From positions 20,549-84,548 of the forward strand of contig JADKID010000020.1 of the NCBI GenBank assembly GCA_016721425.1: DNA of 64,000 nt, given 5' to 3'. The position numbers and the translations under genes are program-made. Origin of the DNA: Bryobacterales bacterium (GTDB lineage: Bacteria; Acidobacteriota; Terriglobia; Bryobacterales; Bryobacteraceae). A model generated the notes under the pieces. The model had not been told where the DNA came from. It did not search any database and saw nothing but the letters and a program-made list of their open reading frames with translations. Within the stretch, counting starts at the first letter, position 1, and each line of letters starts with the position of its first letter. This document shows positions 36,894 to 45,189 of this stretch, piece after piece.

Positions 36894-37234
36894 ATGCCCG
36901 CCATCGATCGCCGCTCGCTACGTCTTGCTCTGGGAGCGGCTGCAGTGCCGCTGCCGGTGTTTGCCGCCGAACCCTGGGCCAAGAACTGATGGTGCCAAAC
37001 GGCGTAGGTCTCTGCCAGGAGAACTGCGAATCAGAACGCGGCGTCATGAGTGACGCCCGCGCAGGTTCCCGCGACATGGGCGGCGCGCCCGTCTTCACCG
37101 TCAAATTCGCCCGCACTCACCCGATCGAGTTGGACGACGCAGAGGTGGAGTTCGCCACCAGGCTCGGCGCGAGGCCGATCCGAAAGAAGCTGAAGCTGAA
37201 AGAAATGTTCTTCCAGGGCAGGCTGGCTCTCTAA
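36894..37234 (+). pseudogene. Internally deleted, frame-broken remnant of a paralog of the 37291..38130 gene
   Basis: SD AAGGAGAG plus the ATG at 36894 encode MPAIDRRSLRLALGAAAVPLPVFAAEPWAKN*, with a stop at 36987..36989. This matches the signal peptide of the downstream gene. In another frame, 37087..37234 encodes APVFTVKFARTHPIELDDAEVEFATRLGARPIRKKLKLKEMFFQGRLAL*, which matches the downstream gene's C-terminus. The upstream motif cgcaactgagatRtattgccg is also duplicated (36846 and 37241). Confidence 0.7.
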
Positions 37235-37290
37235 CGCCCTCGCAACTGAGATATATTGCCGTCATGGGGAATTCCCCCGGGAGAATCGCT

Positions 37291-38130
37291 ATGTTAGCCG
37301 TTGACCGCCGCTCGCTACTTCTTGCTTTGGGAGCGGCTGCCGTGCCGCTGCCGGTGTTTGCAGCCGATCCATGGGTGAAAGAGTTTTCCGAGTGGACCGA
37401 GAAGGACGTCCTGAAGATCATGCAGGACTCGCCATGGGCGAAGAACGCCTCGGTGCCGCTGGGTATGCCCGGTGGCGGAGGAGGCGGCGGACGCGGCGGC
37501 AGGGGCGGCGGCAGGGGCGGTGGGGGTGGCGGCGGTAACCTGGGGGACGCCAGCGCCGGCGCTGGCGGCGGCATGGGCGGAGGCGGCAATATGGGCGGCG
37601 GACCTCCCGGTAGCCAGGGCGGCGGTGATATGTCGCCCGCTGGCGGCAACGCACCTTCCCTCAATTTCCTGATCCGCTGGCAGAGCGCCGCGCCCGTCAA
37701 GGCCGCCATGGTGCGTGCCAAGTTGGGCAAAGAGGCCGATACGTCGGCGCAGGCCAAGGCCTTCATCGAGAAAAACGAGGAGGACTACGTGTTGGCGATG
37801 ATCATGCCACCGATGCCCGGCATGGGCGGGGCAGCCCCGGCTGGTCCGGGCGGCGGCGAGCGCAAGGGTCCCCCGGGCGGCGGCCCTGACGCCGAAAAGC
37901 GCGTGGTCGAGGCCACTACACTCTCCTGGAAGGGCCACGAAGGCGTTCATCCCAGCAAGGTCATCATGCCGAAGGAGAACGCCCCCTATTTCATCTTCCA
38001 TTTCGCCAAGACTCATCCCATCGAACTGGAAGACAAGGAAGTGGAGTTCGCCTCCAAGCGCGGCAATATGGAAATCAAGAAGAAGTTCAAGCTCAAGGAT
38101 ATGGTCTACCAGGGCAAGCTGGCCCTGTAA
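37291..38130 (+). CDS. Secreted protein with a long Gly/Arg-rich low-complexity core and a conserved C-terminal domain
   Basis: I prefer the start at 37291 (MLAVDRRSLLLALGAAAVPLPVFAADPW), by analogy with the remnant copy; the ORF-track start is 37264. The core reads GGGGGGGRGGRGGGRGGGGGGGNLG...GGGMGGGGNMGGGPPGSQGGG. The C-terminus reads FHFAKTHPIELEDKEVEFASKRGNMEIKKKFKLKDMVYQGKLAL. Confidence 0.75.
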   Translation: MLAVDRRSLLLALGAAAVPLPVFAADPWVKEFSEWTEKDVLKIMQDSPWAKNASVPLGMPGGGGGGGRGGRGGGRGGGGGGGNLGDASAGAGGGMGGGGNMGGGPPGSQGGGDMSPAGGNAPSLNFLIRWQSAAPVKAAMVRAKLGKEADTSAQAKAFIEKNEEDYVLAMIMPPMPGMGGAAPAGPGGGERKGPPGGGPDAEKRVVEATTLSWKGHEGVHPSKVIMPKENAPYFIFHFAKTHPIELEDKEVEFASKRGNMEIKKKFKLKDMVYQGKLAL

Positions 38131-38135
38131 CGAAT

Positions 38136-39581
38136 CTACGGCTGGGCGTTGACGCCCATTCGCCGCGTCAACGCCTCGCCGATGGAAAACTCGTATAGCG
38201 CCAGCGAGCGGAAGTAGTCGCTCAAGGCCGACACCTCGCGGATCTCCGTGTCAAACGCCGCCTGCTCCCGCAGGTTCACGAGGAACAACGTGCCCTCGCC
38301 CAGCTCAAAGCGCACCCTCTCCGCCGTCTCCAACTGGCGCGCTACCTCCACCTCTTCCCGTAGCACCTGTGCCCGCCTCCACGCCGCTACCAGCGCGGAA
38401 TAGGCGTCCCGCACCTCCGCCACCACCTGATCCCTGGCGAATCGCTCCCGCTGGTCAAACTGCGTGATCCGCGCCAGCGCCGCCTGATCCCGGCCCTTGG
38501 CCGATCTCCGTTGCAGCGGCATGTCGAAGATCAGCGCCAGCTCCAGCTCATCCGGGCCGCGCCGCACCACCCTGTCGCCCAGCTCCCGCGTATAGCTCAG
38601 CGCCACGTCCATGTTCGGCATCAACTGATTCCGCGCCAGCTTGCGATCAATCTCCACCTGCCCGCGCTGCATCGCAAACCTCTGCATCTCCGGACGCCGC
38701 TTCACTGCCAGCTCGATGTCCTCCATCATGCGCTGCTCGTCCCACGCCCGCAGGGCAGGGAAGGCCGGCGGTAGCATCGCGGCGGGCGGCAATCGCGGGT
38801 CGCCCTTGTCATCGCGCAGGAACAGAGAAAGCTCAATCGCCGCCAACTGCAAGGCGCGTTCCAGTTCGATCACCTGAGCCCGCCGTGTCAGGATCGCGCG
38901 CAGATTGTCGGTCACGTCAATCTGCGGAATCTGCCCGAGCCGCGTGGCCTCCTTGAGCTGCTGATCCCGCAACTCCGCCACCTTCAACACGGCCAGCGCA
39001 GCCTGGTGCCGCCGGCCCGCCGCCAGCCAGTCGTAGTAGCGCCTCGTCGCCAGTTGCACTATCAGCAGCCGCTGCTGATCCACGCCCAGGTTCGCAATAC
39101 GCCTGCCTAGCGTCGCCTTCTGCAACTCGGCCCGCCGCGAATCGATCGCCCGGTCGCGCAACGCCGGCATCCGCACCCCGGCCTTGTATTCGCCGCCGCC
39201 GTCCGTCTGCCGCTTCCCTTCGTAGGTGGGATAGGAGCCCCGCCCCAGGGTATAGCCCGTAAAGTAGCTCATGCCTTGAAACTGCGTCGCCTGCTCCACG
39301 CCGGCCTTGTAGTAGTCATTCCGGTAGTAGCCCAGGTAGTCACCCTCGTAGCCGCCCTTCAGCGCCACATCAAACCGGCTCTCCGCCACCGTGATATCGG
39401 CGTCGGCAATCACCTTGTCCTGCATCGCCACCAGCAGCGGCGGATAGTGGCGATCCACTGACGCCAGCACCTCCGCCAACTGCAGCCACGAAGCCGCTGC
39501 CGCTTCCACCCTCGGCGCCGGTACGCCCTGGCACCAGGCCAGCGCCGCCCACCCCCACAGAATCACTGCGCGGCGCATCAC
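38136..39581 (-). CDS. TolC-family outer membrane efflux protein
   Basis: 481 aa with a signal peptide and two long coiled-coil/beta repeats typical of OEP proteins. Its start overlaps the stop of the HlyD gene. Confidence 0.8.
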   Translation of the reverse strand: MMRRAVILWGWAALAWCQGVPAPRVEAAAASWLQLAEVLASVDRHYPPLLVAMQDKVIADADITVAESRFDVALKGGYEGDYLGYYRNDYYKAGVEQATQFQGMSYFTGYTLGRGSYPTYEGKRQTDGGGEYKAGVRMPALRDRAIDSRRAELQKATLGRRIANLGVDQQRLLIVQLATRRYYDWLAAGRRHQAALAVLKVAELRDQQLKEATRLGQIPQIDVTDNLRAILTRRAQVIELERALQLAAIELSLFLRDDKGDPRLPPAAMLPPAFPALRAWDEQRMMEDIELAVKRRPEMQRFAMQRGQVEIDRKLARNQLMPNMDVALSYTRELGDRVVRRGPDELELALIFDMPLQRRSAKGRDQAALARITQFDQRERFARDQVVAEVRDAYSALVAAWRRAQVLREEVEVARQLETAERVRFELGEGTLFLVNLREQAAFDTEIREVSALSDYFRSLALYEFSIGEALTRRMGVNAQP

Positions 39582-40879
39582 TTCTTCTTCTCCTTCGCAC
39601 CCTTCACGCCCGCTTCACTGTCGGCAATGATCGGCGGGAATCCGTTAAACCGCCGCCACAGTTCCCAGCCCAGCGGCACCGTGCGCAACAGCACCCAGCC
39701 CTTGGCCTGCACGCCCTGGCGTAGATAGTTCTGCGACGGCCACGCCTCGTCGGCCGGGTCCGGCACAATCAGGATCCGGAACTTCCCGTCTTTCGTGTCC
39801 GTGGCGTCCACCATCTTCACCAACCCGCCAAACGTGCCGACAGCCACCGACGGCCAGCCCACAAACTGGATGGCCGGCCAGCCGTTGAATTGCAGCCGTA
39901 CCTTGTCGCCCGCGTACACCAGAGGCATGTCTACTCCGTTGAGCCAGAGCTCAACCGTCGGATCGTAGTTGTCCGGTACAAATTGCACCAGCGGCTCGCC
40001 GGATTTCAGCAGCTCGCTGTTCGGCTGCGCCAGCAGGCGCAACACCGTGCCGGCGCGCGGCGCGCGGACCTTCATCGTCTCCTGCCTCGCTAGCCGGCCG
40101 TCTATGCGCTGCAGCTCCGCCCGGATGTTGGCCACCTCGGCCCGCGCCAGATTCAGCGCCGCCCGTTCGCCCTCAATCGCAGCCTCGCCGTCGGCCTGCA
40201 CCTTCAACAGATCATCGTCAATAGCCCGCTTCTCATTCCGCGCCGCGCTCAATGCCGCCCGCGCTCGCCGCACCTCGGCCTCGGCCGTGGCATGCTCCTG
40301 CTGCGCCAACTCCACCGTCCGTTGGCTCGTCAACCCGCTCTTCATCAGGCCCCTCTGCCGGTCCAGATTCAAGCGCGCCGCTGTCAGTCTCTCTTCCGCG
40401 CCCGTCTGCGCCTGCTCGTTTTGCGTGATACGGTCGATCGCCATCTGCACCCGGCTGCGCGCCGCGTTGATGGCGTTGGTGCGCGACTCCTCCAGCCGCC
40501 CCAGGCGATCCTGATGCGCGCTCACCCGGCTCTCGCCGTTCCCCTTCCGGTCACTCACCGCCGCGCGCTCGTTGCCGATTCGCTCCAGGATCTTCGGGTC
40601 GTTGTCCGTCAGCTCGACGATCAGGTCGCCGGATTTCACCTTGGTGCCTTCCGTCACGTGCCACGTCAGTACCCGGCCCTCCACCGGCGCGCTGAGCGTT
40701 TGCGTTCGCTCCAGCGGAGTCAGCGCTGATACATCGCCCATGCCGGAGACGCTCTGCTGCCACGGCGTAAATACCAGGGCGACGCCAAAAACTATGAAAA
40801 GTACGGTGAGGATCACCGCCAGAGTCCGCGCCGAACGCGATGAGCCCACGAACTCCATGGCCGGCAACTGATTCGTCAT
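39578..40879 (-). CDS. HlyD-family membrane fusion protein
   Basis: I prefer the start at 40879 (MTNQLPAMEFVGSS...) because its ATG overlaps the TGA of the upstream ABC gene (ATGA); the ORF-track start is 40930. The protein has a TM anchor, a lipoyl-like hairpin, a long coiled coil, and a C-terminal beta-barrel. Confidence 0.85.
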   Translation of the reverse strand: MTNQLPAMEFVGSSRSARTLAVILTVLFIVFGVALVFTPWQQSVSGMGDVSALTPLERTQTLSAPVEGRVLTWHVTEGTKVKSGDLIVELTDNDPKILERIGNERAAVSDRKGNGESRVSAHQDRLGRLEESRTNAINAARSRVQMAIDRITQNEQAQTGAEERLTAARLNLDRQRGLMKSGLTSQRTVELAQQEHATAEAEVRRARAALSAARNEKRAIDDDLLKVQADGEAAIEGERAALNLARAEVANIRAELQRIDGRLARQETMKVRAPRAGTVLRLLAQPNSELLKSGEPLVQFVPDNYDPTVELWLNGVDMPLVYAGDKVRLQFNGWPAIQFVGWPSVAVGTFGGLVKMVDATDTKDGKFRILIVPDPADEAWPSQNYLRQGVQAKGWVLLRTVPLGWELWRRFNGFPPIIADSEAGVKGAKEKKK

Positions 40880-42571
40880 CGCCTCACCTCCACGACCGAA
40901 CGGTTGCTCAGTTGAAACACCGTTCCGCAACGGTCCAGCACATCCTGGCTGTGGCTCACCATGATCAGCGTCCAGGGCATCTTCGGATCAAAGAGGAACG
41001 CGAGCAGCATCTCGCGTTCCGGCAGGTCGTCCAGCAGGTCGACACACTCATCCAGGATCAGCAGACGCGGCTTGTGCACCAGCGCCCGTGCCAGTTCCAA
41101 CTGCACTCGCTGGCCGGGCGATAGCGGCAGCCCGCCCGTCCTGAGTTGGGTGTGAACACCATCCGGCAATTGCGAGACGCCCTGCAGCAGGCCAACCTGA
41201 GCCAGCGCCGCCCTCGCATCCAGCGTGTCGAGCTTCTCATCGCCCAGACGCAGATTCTCCAACACCGTTCCTTCGAAGATCTCGGCGTGGCGAACTAGCG
41301 CAACCTGGCTCCGCAGATCGCCCAGCCGGAGGTCCCGCACGTCCCGCCCGTCGATCTCCACCACGCCCTCGCGAGGCGCCTTCAGGCCGTATAGCAGATC
41401 CAGCATCGTACTCTTGCCCGGAGCCGGTCCCTCCCACGATGGCAACCCGCGCGCCCGCCTCCAGGCGCATGTTGACGCCCTCCAGGATCCTGCCCCGAAT
41501 CCCGGCTGTCACCACCACATCTCGCAGCTCAATCGTCGCGCCCCGATCCCCGCGCGGCAGCCCCTCGCCCGTGGTCCGCTCCACCGGCAGATCTTCGATG
41601 TAGCCCAGCTTGTCCGTCGCCGCCATCAGGTCGTAAAAAGTCTCCAGGTGCTTGCCCAGCTTGGTGAAGCCGCTCACCACCAGCGCCACTACCAGTTCAG
41701 CGGCCACCAGTTGGCCCAAGGTCAATTGCCGGTCGATCACCAGCCATCCGCCCACCCCCAACAGCACGGCGCTCGCTACGGCCTGGAGCAGGAAGGAGCC
41801 CACAATCTGCCGCATCAGTATCCGAAAGTGCTTGCCCCGGTAACTGAGGTATTCCGTGACGTACTGGTCGGTCTTCTGCATCGCCAGAACCGCTCCGGCC
41901 GGACGCTTGAACGCCACTTGATGGCGGGCCACCTCCTCTAGCCAGGCTACTAGCGCGTACTTCGCCTTAGACTCCTTCACACTCGTCGGGATGGCCCCAG
42001 TGCCCAGCGGGAAAATCACCACCAGGATCGAGAGCAGCAGGATCACGTCAAACGCCAGCAGCCATGGATGGTAAACCGCCAGCAGAATCATGCCAATCAC
42101 GGTTTGAAACACCACCGAAAGTCCGTCCACCAGCAGGCTTGCCGCCGCCTTCTGCACCGTCACCACATCCAGAAAGCGGTTCACCAACTCTGGCCCGTGC
42201 TGCTCCTCAAATGCCACCGGATCGGCGCCAATCAGCTTGCCCGTGGAGGAGCCCGCAATCCGCACGAAAACCCGCCGCTGGATCAACTCCACCACCCACT
42301 GCCTGTAGGCGTTGAGCACCGCCACAAAACACAGCGCCACAAAGACAAGCAGTGTCAGAATCACCAGTGGCTGCAACAGGGTTCCGAACGCCACCGTATT
42401 GACAACCGCCTGCACCGCTACCGGCAGCACCAGCGAGACAACTCCGATGGCGGCCGAATAGATGACGGCAATCCATAGCTCCGTGTATTCCAGACGGAGC
42501 ATCGCTTTCAAACGCTGCCACGGGTGGACGCCATGATATTCCGTTGGGGAGGTAGAGACTACGTGGGGCAC
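40876..42571 (-). pseudogene. Fused ABC exporter (6-TM domain plus ATPase, no peptidase domain) with a 1-nt frameshift inside Walker A
   Basis: ORF 41237..42571 ends its meaningful sequence at ...ARVAIVGGTGSG and then reads nonsense. ORF 40876..41445 carries ...GKSTMLDLLYGL..., the signature LSPGQRVQ, and Walker B LLILDECVD. The minus strand reads GGC TCC GGG C AAG AGT, where GGC TCC GGC AAG AGT (GSGKS) is expected. This corresponds to an extra base in the plus-strand C run at 41417..41419. Confidence 0.85.
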
Positions 42572-42630
42572 TATGGGAAAGATGCTCGAGGCCTATGGTC
42601 GGATTCTGCAATGTTCACATATTCAGACAT

Positions 42631-42659
42631 TTGACTTTATTGGTGCGAGGGTTCATACT
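42631..42659 (+). promoter_or_regulatory. Putative sigma70-type promoter in the AT-richer divergent region between the ABC exporter and the ArsR gene
   Basis: TTGACT (42631..42636), a 17-nt spacer, then CATACT (42654..42659). An imperfect palindrome, ATGTTCACATATTCAGACAT (42611..42630), lies immediately upstream. Confidence 0.3.
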
Positions 42660-42724
42660 AACGGCTACGGAGGGCAGGGCCCATTCCAAACCGAGCGATC
42701 ATTGCAAAAGAACTGGCGAGCCTG

Positions 42725-43045
42725 TTGAACGCCCTGTCGCACCCTCACCGCGTGCGCATTGTCGAGGAACTGCGGGACCGCGAGCTGGACGTGAACTCCA
42801 TCCAGGAGATTCTCGGCATCAGCCACTCCGCCGTCTCCCAGAACTTGTCCGTCCTGCGGTCCCACCATCTGGTGCGCGAGCGCCGCGACGGACGCCGGGT
42901 TATCTACGCGCTGGTTGCGCCGCCGCTGGCCGCCTGGCTAATGGGAGGACTTCAGTTTCTGGAAGGCCAACTGGTGGACGCTGAGAATCTACGGGCCGTG
43001 GCGGAGCAAGTCAAGGACATCTGGGGCGGGCCCTCGGGCGGTTAA
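42725..43045 (+). CDS. ArsR/SmtB-family transcriptional regulator
   Basis: 106 aa with a TTG start. The frame is open from 42662 but contains no canonical upstream start. The wHTH reads LSHPHRVRIVEELRDRELDVNSIQEILGISHSAVSQNLSVLRSHHLVRERRDGRRVIYAL. Confidence 0.85.
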   Translation: MNALSHPHRVRIVEELRDRELDVNSIQEILGISHSAVSQNLSVLRSHHLVRERRDGRRVIYALVAPPLAAWLMGGLQFLEGQLVDAENLRAVAEQVKDIWGGPSGG

Positions 43046-43863
43046 CCCTCCTCCACCATCCGGTATACCTCGCGCTTCGGCAGGCCGCGCTCCTTCGCCA
43101 CCGCCTTGATGGCGTCCATCCGCGAGAGCCCCGACGCCTCCAGCCGCTTGACTGCTACCGGCGCCGGCTCATCCGTCTCTACCTTGCGCTCGCCCTTGCC
43201 CACCAGCACGGTAAACTCGCCCTTCACCGCGTCGCGCTTCTCCAGCGCCGCCCGCACCTCGGACGCCTTGCCGCGCAGAAACTCCTCGTGCAGCTTGGTC
43301 AGTTCGCGCGCCGCCACCACAGGCGGGTCACCTAGCGTCTCCTCAATATCCCGCAGCGTCTCCACAATGCGGTGAGGCGCCTCGTAGAATGCCATCGTCA
43401 TCTCTTCGCCGGCCAGCGTTTCCAGCCATCGCCGCCGCTCGCCCTGCTTGCGCGGGAAAAATCCGCAGAATCGAAATTCGTCTGTCGGCAGCCCCGACGC
43501 GCAAAGCGCGGTGACCACCGCGGAAACGCCCGGAATCGGCACGACGGCGAAGCCGCGCTCCACCGCCGAGCGCACCACACGGAAGCCGGGATCAGAAATC
43601 AGCGGCGTACCCGCGTCTGATACGATGGCGACGCTCAGCCCCGATTCCAGCCAGCCGAGGATCTCCTCCGTGCGCGACGCCTCGTTGTGTTCGTGGTAGC
43701 TGACCGGATGGCCGCCAATGCCAAAATGGTCCAGCAGTTTGCGCGTCTGCCGTGTGTCTTCGCACGCGATTCGCGACGCGGTGCGCAGTGTCTCCACCGC
43801 GCGGTAGGTCATGTCGCCGAGGTTGCCGATCGGCGTTGCGACGATATAGAGAACTCCGGGCAT
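43042..43863 (-). CDS. rsmI: 16S rRNA (cytidine1402-2'-O)-methyltransferase RsmI
   Basis: I prefer the start at 43863 (MPGVLYIVATPIGNLGDMTYRAVETLRTASRIACEDTRQTRKLL), the typical RsmI N-terminus; the ORF-track start is 44016. Confidence 0.9.
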   Translation of the reverse strand: MPGVLYIVATPIGNLGDMTYRAVETLRTASRIACEDTRQTRKLLDHFGIGGHPVSYHEHNEASRTEEILGWLESGLSVAIVSDAGTPLISDPGFRVVRSAVERGFAVVPIPGVSAVVTALCASGLPTDEFRFCGFFPRKQGERRRWLETLAGEEMTMAFYEAPHRIVETLRDIEETLGDPPVVAARELTKLHEEFLRGKASEVRAALEKRDAVKGEFTVLVGKGERKVETDEPAPVAVKRLEASGLSRMDAIKAVAKERGLPKREVYRMVEEG

Positions 43864-43956
43864 CAAGTCTATCTTATTCGCCTGGGCGCTCTTCGGTTGA
43901 TGAAAACGGCGCTGCCCGACGATAAGGGTACAGAGAGACGTGTCGAGAGATGAACT

Positions 43957-45171
43957 ATGCTTGAATATTCTGGGCAGGCAAGCGAGACATTGCACATGGA
44001 ACCTCGAACATCCCAAGCCGAGTTCGGCAGAGAGACCGATTCGCCGGCTGGTACCGCATATCGGTGGGACGTGCCCGGCCGGTCCGCCACGATCTTTATC
44101 GACTATGACCTGGTGGATCGCCTGGGTTTTGAGATCATGCGCGGCTTTGGGGCCGTGCCGAAGCGCGGCGCCGAGGTGGGGGGCATCCTGCTAGGTAGCG
44201 CCGAGATGGGCGATCGCATGGTGGTCCGGATCGAGGACTTTGTCGGCGTGCCCTGCGAGCATCTCCGCGGTCCTTCCTATGTTCTCTCTGAGAAGGACAT
44301 GCAGGCTTTTGACGAAGCTCTGGAGCGGTGGAGACCTGCCCCGGACAAGCGGATCTACGTCGTGGGCTACTTCCGCAGCAACACTCGCGATGCGCTCCAA
44401 TTGAGCCCTGAGGATCTGGAGATTCTGGAGACCCGTTTCCCCGGCTCCAGCGCGGTCTGCTTGCAGGTGAAACCTTATGCCACCCGCGCCAGTGAGGCCA
44501 CGTTTTTCATTCGCGAAAACGGTCAGTTTCCCACCGAGTGCCGTCCCGCCGCCTTCGCCTTTCGCCGCAAGGAAATGGGAGGCGGCAAGCCCGCCCGGAG
44601 GCCCCGTGGAGCCGAGGACGGGGGGCTGGACTCGGCGCGAGAAGCCGAATCGGTCTCCCCCGGCGTACCGGCTACCGGGTCCGTCCCTGTCTTTTCCGCA
44701 CCAGCCTTCAGTTCGCCGCCCGGCGTACCTCTGGCCCCCGCCGCCGTTCCTCTGGCCCCCGCCGCCAGGCCCCGCACCGGATGGTTCTGGATCCCCCTGT
44801 CGTTCATCTTCCTGCTGCTTGGCGTCGTAATGGGCTTTCAAATCGCCCTCACCTACCGCAACCAACAACCGCTCACCGCCGCCTCCGATCCCTACGCACT
44901 CGATCTGAGCGTCGTCCAGTTTGGCGATAGCCTCCACCTGAAATGGAATACCGAGGCCGCCGCCTTCGGCACAGCACGCCGCGGTGTGCTCCATATCCAG
45001 GACGGCGACAACCAAAAAGAGGTTGAACTCAAGCAGGAGGACCTCACCCGCGGCGGCGCGCTCTACCGCAACTCCTCCTCCAATGTGAAGTTCCGCCTCG
45101 AGGTCTTTCCCCGCGATCGCAACAGCGTTGTCGAGTCCGTCGAACTGCGGTTGCTCGATACCCGGAAGTAA
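43957..45171 (+). CDS. Membrane protein with an N-terminal MPN/JAB-like domain lacking the metal-binding motif
   Basis: 404 aa containing GAEVGGILLGS...RIYVVGYFRSNTRDALQLSPEDLEIL, where a JAMM protease would have H-x-H...D. This is followed by a Pro-rich linker, one TM helix (WFWIPLSFIFLLLGVVMGFQIAL), and a ~120-aa C-terminal domain. An alternative start is M14 at 43996. Confidence 0.55.
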   Translation: MLEYSGQASETLHMEPRTSQAEFGRETDSPAGTAYRWDVPGRSATIFIDYDLVDRLGFEIMRGFGAVPKRGAEVGGILLGSAEMGDRMVVRIEDFVGVPCEHLRGPSYVLSEKDMQAFDEALERWRPAPDKRIYVVGYFRSNTRDALQLSPEDLEILETRFPGSSAVCLQVKPYATRASEATFFIRENGQFPTECRPAAFAFRRKEMGGGKPARRPRGAEDGGLDSAREAESVSPGVPATGSVPVFSAPAFSSPPGVPLAPAAVPLAPAARPRTGWFWIPLSFIFLLLGVVMGFQIALTYRNQQPLTAASDPYALDLSVVQFGDSLHLKWNTEAAAFGTARRGVLHIQDGDNQKEVELKQEDLTRGGALYRNSSSNVKFRLEVFPRDRNSVVESVELRLLDTRK

Positions 45172-45189
45172 ACCGCTACAATAGCGGAA

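Noticed and set aside
36860-37234. ORF-track entry 36860..37234 as a genuine 124-aa gene
   Set aside because: Its N-terminal two thirds (MPPGGTPKESCNARHRSPLATSCSGSGCSAAAGV...) are the wrong frame of the duplicated signal-peptide region. Only the last ~49 aa are homologous to the neighbouring gene, so I interpret it as a pseudogene remnant.
37440-37660. GGC/GGCGG-rich repetitive DNA that could be mistaken for a simple-sequence or CRISPR-like repeat
   Set aside because: It is in frame within the 37291..38130 gene and encodes the poly-Gly/RGG core. There is no repeat-spacer periodicity and there are no cas genes.
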